A stretch of DNA of 64,000 nt from an uncultured Gemmatimonadales bacterium (lineage in GTDB: Bacteria > Gemmatimonadota > Gemmatimonadetes > Longimicrobiales > RSA9). The DNA is taken from NCBI GenBank assembly GCA_963783305.1, contig CAWAMW010000017.1:448001-512000 (forward strand), written 5' to 3'. The position numbers and the translations under genes were made by a program. Below are positions 40,802 to 49,850 of this stretch, piece by piece. Position 1 is the stretch's first letter, and every line of letters begins with the position of its first letter. Under the pieces are notes generated by a model that ran no database searches, was not told the origin of the DNA, and worked only from the letters and a program-made list of their open reading frames with translations.

Positions 40802-41554
40802 TCACCGCTCGATACTCGATCCTCCATACCCGTCCCGAAAAGCCTGCACCACCCCATCCGCCAGCCGCCGCCCCGTACTTCGTTCCCACTTCCGCGCCGA
40901 GCGCCAGAACCGATCCAGCATCCGCCTCCGCGCCCGGTCACCGACCCGGGACCGGATCGACGCCCGGTCCAGATCCAGGATCAACGCGCGCGAATCGCCG
41001 GCGGCCCCGGAGTGCGCGCCGTCGGCGATCAGGATGTTCTTGAGGTTCAGGTCCCGGTGGACGCCGCCCCGCTCGTGCAGCAGCCTCACGACCGAGCCTG
41101 CCGCCCGCATGGCCTGGGCGGGATCGAATGGAGAGGTTTCGAAGAGGACACTCGCCAGGTCACGGGACCCCGCCACGTACTCGGTCACCAGGTCACCCCG
41201 GTACCACGGGCCGCTCCCGTACACGGCTCCGCCCACGTGCCGCGGCGTCGGAACGCCCATTCCCTCCAGCGCCCGTCCCACCCCGAACTCCCGCACCGGT
41301 CGCGGAGTGCCCAGCCGCAGGTAGCGGTCGTCCAGCAGGGACGCGATGGCGCCGCCCCGGTGGTAATGCCGCACCGCCCAGAGCCCAGAGCCCACCAGCG
41401 CGGGTACCACGAAGACCCGCCCACGGCCTTCCAGCGTGGCTGCTGCCGGGTGCGCCGCCGCCGCATCCGCCAGCGTGCCGGCATCGCGGACCCAGCTTTC
41501 CAGCGCCTCGCGCGCGCCAGGTCGCGCGACGATCTCCGTCGTCCGGTTCAACAC
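40802..41554 (-). CDS. Kdo kinase/lipopolysaccharide kinase (KdkA-like)
   Basis: GRG, VRHYHRGG, DRYL, HRDLNLKNIL, LDLDR. Confidence 0.85.
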   Translation of the reverse strand: MLNRTTEIVARPGAREALESWVRDAGTLADAAAAHPAAATLEGRGRVFVVPALVGSGLWAVRHYHRGGAIASLLDDRYLRLGTPRPVREFGVGRALEGMGVPTPRHVGGAVYGSGPWYRGDLVTEYVAGSRDLASVLFETSPFDPAQAMRAAGSVVRLLHERGGVHRDLNLKNILIADGAHSGAAGDSRALILDLDRASIRSRVGDRARRRMLDRFWRSARKWERSTGRRLADGVVQAFRDGYGGSSIER

Positions 41555-41725
41555 CTGACCCGCTCATGTCAAAGGGACTCTCGTGCGCGGCTGCGGCGCA
41601 GGACGGACCCGTGAAGGATGACCACCACGCCGGCGGGCGGCAACACCGTTCCGGCCGTCCGGGGGAGCGACCGTGGCGGGTTGACGTGCCGCTACCTCCT
41701 GTGGGACGGCGGGTGTTCCGGCGAC

Positions 41726-43012
41726 TCAGCCTCTGTCCGGTGCGCCAACGGTAGCGCGCGACCGCGAGCTGGTGGGGGGCGTCGCCCCGGTGCGGAGCCC
41801 GGGGCGGAGGTGAGGACTGCGGGAGTGGCCCAGCTCGATAGGCAGCGCCACACGTACCAGGACGGTCAGGGCGAACAGTCCCATCGCCCAGATCCCGGCC
41901 GTCACGGCCAGCTCGTTCCGGGTCGGGAAGTACTCGACGATCTCGCCCAGGGGAGAGGGAATGAAGCCCGGCACCACCAGCCCCATCCCCTTCTCGATCC
42001 AGATGGCCACGAACAGCACCAGTGCCGCGGGCATGAGCCAGTGGAAATCGCGCCGGAGCGGGTGGATCGTGAGGATGAGCGTCGCCAGTACGTTCAGCAC
42101 GATGGCCGTCCACACCCACGGCACCAGCGCGTTGTGGCCGTCCAGCCCGAAGAACAGATACTGAGCGTTCAGGCTGTGGTGGGTGGGGAAGTAGAACTTA
42201 TAGAAGAGCTCCGAGGCCAGCATGATCAGATTGATCTGGGCGGCCACGGTGGTGATCAGCGCGAGCTTGGAGAACGCGCCGTCGGGGATCTCGTAGCGCG
42301 TCTCCATCCGGATGAATCCGAGCAGTAGAAGCATGAACGCTGGCCCCGCCGTGAACGCCGACGCCAGGAAGCGGGGGCCGAGGAGTGCGGAGTTCCAGAA
42401 CGGCCGGGCGGGGAGCCCCGAGAGCAGGAACGCCGTCACCATGTGGATGCTCACGGCCCAGAACACGGAGATGTAGATGAAGGGCACGTACGCTTTCGTC
42501 AGCGGCGTACGCCCCCCGTAGTGGGAGTAGAGGATGTAGAAGGGGATGCCCAGGTTCAGCGCCAGGTAGCCGTTCAGCACCACCACGTCCCAGGCCAGAA
42601 GCGAGCGCGGGAAGTTGAGTCGGCCCACGAACGGGAGCAGGTGCCAGGCGGCGAAGGGGTTGCCGAGGTCGACCACCACGAACGCAAGGCACATGAGCAG
42701 GGCGGAGACCGCCACTCCCTCGGCGATGAGCACGGCGCGGGAGAAGTCCACGTCCTTGAGCACGTAGGCGGGCAGCACCAGCATCATGGCGGCCGCGGCC
42801 ACGCCCACCAGGAAAGTGAAGTTCGAAATGTACAGGCCCCAGCTCACATGGTCGGTCATCCCCGTGGTCTGGAGGCCGTCCCGCAGCTGCACGGAATAGG
42901 CGGACGCCCCTGCGATCATGATCAGCGTCAGCGCGCCCATCCAGACGTGGTAGCGTCTTGGCCCGGATGTGACGGATCGAAGGGCGTCGTAGAAGAAGTC
43001 CTTTAGGTACAT
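41726..43012 (-). CDS. NrfD/PsrC-family membrane anchor (quinol-interacting)
   Basis: TGMTDHVSWGLYISNFTFLVGVAA, DLG.P, SLLAWD, multiple TM helices. Confidence 0.92.
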   Translation of the reverse strand: MYLKDFFYDALRSVTSGPRRYHVWMGALTLIMIAGASAYSVQLRDGLQTTGMTDHVSWGLYISNFTFLVGVAAAAMMLVLPAYVLKDVDFSRAVLIAEGVAVSALLMCLAFVVVDLGNPFAAWHLLPFVGRLNFPRSLLAWDVVVLNGYLALNLGIPFYILYSHYGGRTPLTKAYVPFIYISVFWAVSIHMVTAFLLSGLPARPFWNSALLGPRFLASAFTAGPAFMLLLLGFIRMETRYEIPDGAFSKLALITTVAAQINLIMLASELFYKFYFPTHHSLNAQYLFFGLDGHNALVPWVWTAIVLNVLATLILTIHPLRRDFHWLMPAALVLFVAIWIEKGMGLVVPGFIPSPLGEIVEYFPTRNELAVTAGIWAMGLFALTVLVRVALPIELGHSRSPHLRPGLRTGATPPTSSRSRATVGAPDRG

Positions 43013-43018
43013 GATCTC

Positions 43019-44143
43019 TCAGTCGGTGAAGTACCAGAACCGGGGCTCGGTGTAGAGGTTCTCCTTGAGCCGGAACACGCGCTTGTTCTCCAGGACCCAC
43101 CGGATCTCCGAGTTCGGATCGAGAAGGTTGCCAAAGACCCGGGCGCCCGTGGGGCACGCCTCGGCGCACGCCGGCAGCCGCCCCTCCCGCGACCGCTGGA
43201 TGCAGAACGTGCACTTCTCCACCACGCCCTTCTTCCGCATGCGGTTGCCCAGGTAGTGCTGATTCGGATTCAACTCTTCCACCGGGACTTCCGGAGCGCC
43301 CCAGTTGAACCGGCGGGCCCAGTACGGGCAGGCGCCCATGCAGTACCGGCAGCCGATGCACCAGTCGTAGTCGATCACCGTGATCCCGTCCGGCTCCTGC
43401 CACGTGGCCTGGACCGGGCAGACGGCCACGCACGGCGGGTTCGCACACTGGAAGCACTGCGTCCCCATGTAGAAGTGCCCCTCCGCCGGGACCTCGTGCT
43501 GGTACGTCGCATCCGCGTGGTCGAAATCGATCACGCCATCCTCCATCTCGAAGATCCGGATGAAGTGGCGGTCGGTGCGGCGGTCGAGATTGTTCTCGTT
43601 CACGCACGCCTGCACGCAGTTCCGGAACCCCTTGCACTTGGAAATGTTGAACGCGTAGCCGAAGACCACGCCGGGCTGGGCCTCGGTGGTGGAGATGTTC
43701 ACGTCCACGCCGTACCGCAGCCTGGCCAGCCGCTCCAGCCGGAGCACGGTCTCCGCCTTTTCTTCCTCCGTCATCAGCGAGAAGTGGCCCTTGAGGTACT
43801 CCTCCCACTCCAACACCTTCGCCTCACGCTCCTCCGCGGTGGCTCCACTCAGCGGCGAGCAGGCCGCCGCCACCTGCGACGCGGCCGCTGTGGCGCCCAG
43901 CATCATGCGGAGCGCGCTCCGGCGATCCAGCGTCTTGTCCAGCACCGTGGAGCCACCCGCCTCCGCGTCCCGGCCGCCACCCCCCGGCGCCCGGTCGCTC
44001 CGGGTCGGGACCAGGGTGGGCGGACCGGACTCCGGCGCCGGCGACAGCCCCGCCAGCCCGCTTTCCGCCAGACTCCGCTCCACCTCGCTTCGGCCCGCAT
44101 AGCGCAGGACGTCCTCGAACTCCATATCCCGCGTTCCGCTCAT
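43019..44143 (-). CDS. NrfC/DmsB-type iron-sulfur protein
   Basis: CKGFRNCVQAC, CFQCANPPCVAVCP, CIGCRYCMGACP, KCTFC..PACAEACP; internal twin-arginine motif DRRSAL. Confidence 0.92.
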   Translation of the reverse strand: MSGTRDMEFEDVLRYAGRSEVERSLAESGLAGLSPAPESGPPTLVPTRSDRAPGGGGRDAEAGGSTVLDKTLDRRSALRMMLGATAAASQVAAACSPLSGATAEEREAKVLEWEEYLKGHFSLMTEEEKAETVLRLERLARLRYGVDVNISTTEAQPGVVFGYAFNISKCKGFRNCVQACVNENNLDRRTDRHFIRIFEMEDGVIDFDHADATYQHEVPAEGHFYMGTQCFQCANPPCVAVCPVQATWQEPDGITVIDYDWCIGCRYCMGACPYWARRFNWGAPEVPVEELNPNQHYLGNRMRKKGVVEKCTFCIQRSREGRLPACAEACPTGARVFGNLLDPNSEIRWVLENKRVFRLKENLYTEPRFWYFTD

Positions 44144-44901
44144 GGGGTGTCTCCTCCGCTCGTGGGGAGCCGGGGGCCCGGGTAGGGATTGCGCGAGGCG
44201 ATCGCCGGCTGATGCGGATCGTGGCAGTCGGGGCAGCTCATCACCACTCGTCGGCCACGCCAGCCCTCGAGCCGCTTGCCGTGCGTGCCTGCGGCCCAGT
44301 CGTCGGCCTGAGCGTAGTGGCACTGGGCGCAGAGCCGGTACGCGTGCTCGAGACTGATCCGCTCCCCGCTGGCCAGGACCAGGCTCTGCACGTCGTCCGG
44401 GGCGTGGCAGGTGCTGCAGTGGGTGCCGCTCTCCTCCGGGTGCCTGGGCAGCACATACCGATGGGCGTCCTCGATACGCTCGGCCTGGATCACCGGCCGC
44501 CCCGGGCGATGACACGAGCCACACGCCTCGCCCGTGGACGGCCGGCCGCGGAGCGAGATGCGAAAGCTCTTCATGCCGAACATTCGTTCGTGGCCCGGTC
44601 GGTCAGGTGTGTGGACCGCCACCTCGAAGGGCTCGCCCCCAGGTCCCAGTCGCCCCACCACGGGCTCCGATCGCACCACCGCGAGGCCGGGTGGAGACGC
44701 CTCCGTCCCGTCGTCCCCCACCCCATCGACCGGGTCCGATACCTGCCCCGGCGCCCGCTCACCGGCCCATTCCGCCGCCACCCCGTCTCCGGCCGCCGCC
44801 GTGTCGCAGCCCACGCTCGCCACCAGCAGCAGCGGCAGCAGGACCACTGGCGCCACGGCCACTCCCGTCCGTCCCCACCGCCCCACCTCCTTTCTCCTCA
44901 T
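44140..44901 (-). CDS. Tetraheme cytochrome c (possible lipoprotein)
   Basis: CGSCH, CSTCH, CAQCH, CPDCH; hydrophobic leader ending VASVGC. Confidence 0.88.
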   Translation of the reverse strand: MRRKEVGRWGRTGVAVAPVVLLPLLLVASVGCDTAAAGDGVAAEWAGERAPGQVSDPVDGVGDDGTEASPPGLAVVRSEPVVGRLGPGGEPFEVAVHTPDRPGHERMFGMKSFRISLRGRPSTGEACGSCHRPGRPVIQAERIEDAHRYVLPRHPEESGTHCSTCHAPDDVQSLVLASGERISLEHAYRLCAQCHYAQADDWAAGTHGKRLEGWRGRRVVMSCPDCHDPHQPAIASRNPYPGPRLPTSGGDTP

Positions 44902-45725
44902 CGGTCTCCTCCCGTCGACGCATCCGAATCGATCCCGGCCCGGCTGAACACGGCCGCCCCGTCGCCCACCTCCACGTGGCACCCCCGACAATTGCTGCGC
45001 TCCGGGTGGCCGATCCGGATCTCCTCCATGACTCCGATGCCGCCGTGGCACGCGAGGCAGTTCTCCCGCATGTGGATCCGGTGGGGGATGGGCGGAGGCG
45101 CTCCCGGCAGCGCCGGCTCGGGTAGATCGGGCCAGGTCGGCTCCGGCCAATCCACCGGTACGTAGACCGGAGCTTTCCGGTCGAGGGTGTGGCACTGGAA
45201 GCAGATCTTCTCCCCCGCCAGCTCGTCCGGGTAGGGCCGGCCCACCAGCGCATCATCGGGGAGGTGACACTGGAGACAGCCCCCGAGGTCCGGGTGCGGA
45301 TTCACGGGCGCGTACGCGTTGAAGCGGGCCACGAAGCCGCCCCGCCGGTGGCACACGTTGCAGCGTCCGCCCCGGTACTCCTCCAGCGTGAGCCCGTGGG
45401 GCACCCTGGGCGGACCCCCGGGGAACGCGCGCAGCCGCCGGTACATGGCCGCCGTCCGAGGGTGTGCCCCCCGGCGCGGGTCCGCGTCCGGACGGACGGC
45501 GAGCTCACCCGGTCGGAGGGCGAAGACGCCAGCCTCCCCGGCAATGGGCGTGGCCGGCGCCTCGATGGGGGCCACGGCGGCCTCGTCGGAGACTTCGTGG
45601 GCCGGGGCCCCGTCGGGCGCGATCAGTACTGCGGCGGCCACCATGATGGCGGCCGCGGCACCGATGCCCACCATCCGCCGCGGGAGCTCGCCGTCGTCCG
45701 GCTCCCACCCGCCGGAGTCCCTCAC
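44898..45725 (-). CDS. NapB-like cytochrome c, pentaheme (duplicated NapB module)
   Basis: PPRVPH..CNVCH..CLQCH, CFQCH, PPPIPH..CLACH..CRGCH; N-terminal TM; GTGA overlap with the upstream gene. Confidence 0.85.
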   Translation of the reverse strand: MRDSGGWEPDDGELPRRMVGIGAAAAIMVAAAVLIAPDGAPAHEVSDEAAVAPIEAPATPIAGEAGVFALRPGELAVRPDADPRRGAHPRTAAMYRRLRAFPGGPPRVPHGLTLEEYRGGRCNVCHRRGGFVARFNAYAPVNPHPDLGGCLQCHLPDDALVGRPYPDELAGEKICFQCHTLDRKAPVYVPVDWPEPTWPDLPEPALPGAPPPIPHRIHMRENCLACHGGIGVMEEIRIGHPERSNCRGCHVEVGDGAAVFSRAGIDSDASTGGDR

Positions 45726-48055
45726 GACGCGGCTCCGACCCGCTCGACCCGCACCGCGCAGCTGTAGTCCGGCTGCCCGGAGAGGGGGCAGTGGCTGTCG
45801 AGAGTCAGGCGGTGGATCGGGACGCCCTCGTCGAAGTCCGGCACGAACACCTGGCCGCGCGCGGGTTGCGCACGGTGGTCGATCCGGGCCTCCATCACCA
45901 GCGCCCCGCGCCGGCTGGTCAGTCGGATCCGGTCGCCGGTCCGGATTCCCAGCTCCAGCGCGTCGTCGGCGTTCACTTCCGCGTACGCCCGCGGCACGGC
46001 CCGATGGAGGTTCGGCACGCGACGGGTCAGCGTGCCCGTGCCCGTATGCTCCAGAACGGCGCCAGTGGCAAGCCGGAACGGGTAACTGGCGTCCGGCGAC
46101 TCGGAGGGTGGCTCCCACGGGCGCAGCCAGACGCGGGCTCGCCCGTCGGGGAGACCGTAGAAGTCCACCGCGCCCCGCGCAGGATCGGTGGCGGGGTCGT
46201 GGGCCGTGCTGAAGCGCCACCCGGTCTCCCGGCCGTCGACATACGGCCACAACGCCCCCGGCCGACTCCGCAGGACCCGCAGCGGCGGCAGCCGGTCGGC
46301 CGGGGCGTCGCGGAAACGCGCGTACTCTTCCCAGATGCCCGCCGCATGGCCCGCCCGATCCCACGGGAACAGCTTTTCGTGGCCCAGACGCCGTGCGACC
46401 TCGATGAGCTGCCACGCGTCACCCATGGCCTCGCCCGGCGCCTCGAGCATCCGCTCGAAGTGCTGGATCCGCCGCTCCCCGCTGCCGAACAGGCCTTCCT
46501 GCTCGACCCATAGCGCCGACGGAAGCACCACATCGGCCAGGTCCGTGGTGGCCGTGGGATAGGCATCCGAGACGACGACGAACCGGTCCTCCCGGGCCAG
46601 CGCGCTTCGCTGTCGGTCCAGGTTCGGCAGGTCCACCATGGGATTGGCCCCCTGGATCCAGAGGAACCGGATATCCCCGTCGTCCAACGCCCTGAACATC
46701 GACAGGGCATGGTGCCCCGGCCGCGCCTGGATGTTGGAGACGGGCACGCCCCAGATCCCCGCCGCCCGCTCGCGGTCCTCCCGGCGCACGACGGTGCCCC
46801 GGGGCAGGCCGTGCGCCGACCCGCCGGCCTCGCGCCCGCTTCCGCACCCGCTCGCCTGCGCCGCGAGCGAGAGTGGGCTGTTGCCCGGCGTCCCCACTTT
46901 TCCAACCAGCAGGTGGATGTTGTAGAGCAGGGTGTTCATCCAGGTCCCGCGGGCGTGCCGGTTCACGCTCGCGCCCCAGGCGGTGGTAACGCGCAGCGCC
47001 GGGTCGGCGTAGACCGACGCCAGCCATCGGATGTCGGCCGCCGGCAGTCCCGACATCCGGGCCGCCCGCTCCGGCGTGTAGTCCGCCAGGAATCGGACCA
47101 GGTCGTCGTAGCCCACCTCGGCCCCGGCGTCGGGTGTGAGATCCCGATCGGACCGGCCATAGCCGATCCCCGTCTTCCCCTTCCGGAAGCTCAGGTGCCG
47201 CTCCACGAAGTCACGGTTCACGTGGCCTCGCGCGACGATCTCGTGGCAGATGGCGTTGGCCACGGCCAATCCGCCGTCGGGGGCGAAGAGGAGACCGCGG
47301 TCCGCCGCGTAGCTGGTGCGGGTGGTCCGGGTGCCCACGTCCACAATGCGGCTGCGGGGCTCCTTGTGCCGGTGCTCCAGCACCCGGGAGAACAGCACCG
47401 GGTATTCCTCGGCCATGTTCGTGTCCCAGAGAACGATCACGTCGGCCTGGTCCAGGTCGTCGTAGCAGCCGATGGGCGCGTCGAGGCCGAAGCTCGCGGT
47501 CAGCCCGGCAGCCGCGCTCCCCGAGGACAGTCGAGCACTCGTATCTACGTTGTTCGTTCCCAGGACGCCCTTGAACAGTTTCGTGGCCACGTACGCCGCG
47601 GGAATCGTCCACTGGCCCGAGCCATAGATGGCCACGCTGTCCTTGCCGTGCCGCGACACCGTCTCGCGCAGTGTCTGCGCAACCAGGTCCAGCGCTTCCC
47701 CCATGGGAACCTCCACCAGCTTGCCGCCGCGCCGGACCCGGGCGGTGCGCAGGCGGTCCCGGGCGTACAACGCCTGCACGGAGTGGTACCCCTTCGCGCA
47801 CGCCAGGCCACGGCTCGCCCGGGACGCGGGATCCCCCCGCACCGCCGCGGCCCGGCCGGCGTCGATCCCCAGGATGAGACCGCAGCCCACGCCGCAGAGG
47901 GCGCACGGCGCCTTCTCCCAGTTCAGGCCCAGTACCCCCAGCGAACGGCCGAGCCCGGCCCCCACCGCCGTCCCCGGCACGAGCGAGGCGGCCGCCATCC
48001 CCGCTGATGCCGAGGCCACCTGCTTCACGAAGGTCCTGCGGTCCGGTCCGCTCAT
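45722..48055 (-). CDS. NapA-like molybdopterin-oxidoreductase family protein with non-canonical active site
   Basis: Tat motif DRRTFVK, 4Fe-4S motif CALCGVGC..CAKG, YGSGQWTI, ADVVLP, C-terminal CPLSGQPDY.CAV. The ligand motif reads ARLSSGSA instead of RxCMASA. Confidence 0.9.
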   Translation of the reverse strand: MSGPDRRTFVKQVASASAGMAAASLVPGTAVGAGLGRSLGVLGLNWEKAPCALCGVGCGLILGIDAGRAAAVRGDPASRASRGLACAKGYHSVQALYARDRLRTARVRRGGKLVEVPMGEALDLVAQTLRETVSRHGKDSVAIYGSGQWTIPAAYVATKLFKGVLGTNNVDTSARLSSGSAAAGLTASFGLDAPIGCYDDLDQADVIVLWDTNMAEEYPVLFSRVLEHRHKEPRSRIVDVGTRTTRTSYAADRGLLFAPDGGLAVANAICHEIVARGHVNRDFVERHLSFRKGKTGIGYGRSDRDLTPDAGAEVGYDDLVRFLADYTPERAARMSGLPAADIRWLASVYADPALRVTTAWGASVNRHARGTWMNTLLYNIHLLVGKVGTPGNSPLSLAAQASGCGSGREAGGSAHGLPRGTVVRREDRERAAGIWGVPVSNIQARPGHHALSMFRALDDGDIRFLWIQGANPMVDLPNLDRQRSALAREDRFVVVSDAYPTATTDLADVVLPSALWVEQEGLFGSGERRIQHFERMLEAPGEAMGDAWQLIEVARRLGHEKLFPWDRAGHAAGIWEEYARFRDAPADRLPPLRVLRSRPGALWPYVDGRETGWRFSTAHDPATDPARGAVDFYGLPDGRARVWLRPWEPPSESPDASYPFRLATGAVLEHTGTGTLTRRVPNLHRAVPRAYAEVNADDALELGIRTGDRIRLTSRRGALVMEARIDHRAQPARGQVFVPDFDEGVPIHRLTLDSHCPLSGQPDYSCAVRVERVGAAS

Positions 48056-48759
48056 GACGTCTCCCTACCGCTGGTCCGGGGCAGGACGTGACAGGCCGCA
48101 CAGGGGCGACCCGGCTTGTGCTCCCTCTTCTCCTGGTGGCAGAGAAGGCACGCAGGGCGCGCCCGCTCGATACCGACGGTCGTGGCCGCGTCGTGGCAGC
48201 CGCCGCCCGCGCACGATTCGTGGACCGCCAGCCCGTGGGGTGCGGGGTCCGGGGTGGGGTGGCACCCCGCGCAGTCGGCGTCCGCCCTGTGGTGGTTGAC
48301 GTGGCACTCGGCGCAGGACCGCGGGGGCCGGCTCATCCCACCCCCATGACAGTCGAGGCAGGCCACTCCCTGGTGGCGGCCATGCTCGAACGACAGCTCC
48401 CGCTCCCGAACACCATCCCAGACGGAGAGGGCGAGCGGGACAGCGCGCGTGCGCGGCGCCGTCAGGTCTGCCGGATCGTGGCAGGCAAGGCACCCTGCCG
48501 GGGGCTCGTTCCGATGGTGGCACGCAGCGCAGTCCGCCGCGGTCCAGCTCATCCGCGACCGGTGCCGCTCGTCCCGGCTGTGGCAGATCTCGCAGTCGAC
48601 CCGCCGGTGACGCGCGTGCTCAAACGCGCGCCGCCCCTCGACGGCGCTGACCCCACCCCCCGGGACCGGGCCCTGGGCGCGCAGCGGTGCGGGAACAGGC
48701 AGGGCCACCACCACGCACAGCGCCAGGACCACCCTCGCGATCCACCCGGAGCGCGCCAT
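48052..48759 (-). CDS. Multiheme cytochrome c (8 CxxCH plus 1 CX4CH), cytochrome c3-like
   Basis: Signal peptide; FEH..H motifs; CEICH, CAACH, CLACH, CLDCH, CAECH, CAGCH, CAGGGCH, CLLCH, CAACH. Confidence 0.88.
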   Translation of the reverse strand: MARSGWIARVVLALCVVVALPVPAPLRAQGPVPGGGVSAVEGRRAFEHARHRRVDCEICHSRDERHRSRMSWTAADCAACHHRNEPPAGCLACHDPADLTAPRTRAVPLALSVWDGVRERELSFEHGRHQGVACLDCHGGGMSRPPRSCAECHVNHHRADADCAGCHPTPDPAPHGLAVHESCAGGGCHDAATTVGIERARPACLLCHQEKREHKPGRPCAACHVLPRTSGRETS

Positions 48760-48831
48760 GGCTACCGCCCCGACTCCCCGACGCCGCCGGGGCACCCAGA
48801 CTCGCGCCCGAAGGTCATGCGACGCAGCCGG

Positions 48832-49572
48832 TCACGACCGCCCATGGGTGGCCTTCGGACGAACCTCCGTCGACGGATGACGCCGGTGCCACGCCCGAAG
48901 CGTCAGGAGCCCGAGCACCCCGACGGGCCCTGCAATCCAGACGGTCGCCCCCAGCGCCATGGCCGCCGCCGCCGTGGCGGTGGGCCGGACGCTCGTCCCC
49001 CAGATCTCCGGACGAGTAAACAGGAACGCCGGGGTAAGGACCAGGAGCGCCAGACCCAGCACGAGACCCAGGGCGCGGGCGTCGGGCCAGCGCCGGAACA
49101 GGTTGCGAGCGGCCTCCACGGTCTCCTCGATCGCCCACCACAGGATGAGGGCGGCGGCCAACCAGCCCACCACCGTGACCGCCACCGCCGCCACCCGGCC
49201 GCTCATGGCCGAAACCGCCGACAGGGTGATCATCATCGCCACGATCCACCCCACCACTACCGCAGGGATGTCGTAGAGTAGCGACAGCGCCAGCCGCCGG
49301 AGCGCCCGCTGACGGGACACGTCGGGGGGACGCCCCAGGTAGGCCAGCAGGGACCCGTGCACGAATCCCACGAGCGAACCGGCGATGAAGAAGACAGAGG
49401 TCGTGATGAAACTCACACTGGAGCTGAGGCTGCCGGCCGCCACGTGCGCCGTCACCACCAGCGACGCCACCAGGCCGCCGGCGACGCCCCAGGACGTCGC
49501 CACCTGCCCCACCAGCCCCAGCTGTCGAGTAAGGAATCCTGATCCGGTCGGTCCGTCAGCACTGAAGGCCAT
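48832..49572 (-). CDS. Hypothetical multi-pass membrane protein
   Basis: About six hydrophobic segments; GGAGG RBS; first gene of the redox gene run. Confidence 0.75.
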   Translation of the reverse strand: MAFSADGPTGSGFLTRQLGLVGQVATSWGVAGGLVASLVVTAHVAAGSLSSSVSFITTSVFFIAGSLVGFVHGSLLAYLGRPPDVSRQRALRRLALSLLYDIPAVVVGWIVAMMITLSAVSAMSGRVAAVAVTVVGWLAAALILWWAIEETVEAARNLFRRWPDARALGLVLGLALLVLTPAFLFTRPEIWGTSVRPTATAAAAMALGATVWIAGPVGVLGLLTLRAWHRRHPSTEVRPKATHGRS

Positions 49573-49798
49573 GGACCACCTCCCGATCCTCGGGAGCGCC
49601 TGCCCCGATCCGTTTCCGGACGGGGCGCTTCATCTATCGATCAGGTCGAACGTGAAGAGGATGGGGTCGGATGGGCCGGCGACGGGTTCATCGTGCGGGG
49701 GGGACCGCGCCAACCTGTATGAAAGATGGGGGACCCGCTGGCGGCCCCTCAATCGGGAAAACCGTTGAAATCCCGGTAGGGAGGCGGCCGATACACCT

Positions 49799-49850
49799 GT
49801 AGGGAAAACTCCCTCACCGATTCAGGGGGAGCGGCGGAAAATCTCCCTAC
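49799..49850. promoter_or_regulatory. Putative response-regulator binding sites
   Basis: AGGGA-AAAC-TCCCT inverted repeat at about 49801-49814 and a related GGAAAATCTCCCTAC at about 49836-49850, upstream of the redox operon. Confidence 0.4.

Noticed and set aside
45722..48055. Assigning the symbol napA
   Set aside because: The catalytic Cys and several conserved active-site motifs are absent, so nitrate reductase function is unsupported.
49636..49650. FNR box upstream of the redox operon
   Set aside because: TCGAT-CAG-GTCGA has the wrong spacing and half-sites for TTGAT-N4-ATCAA.
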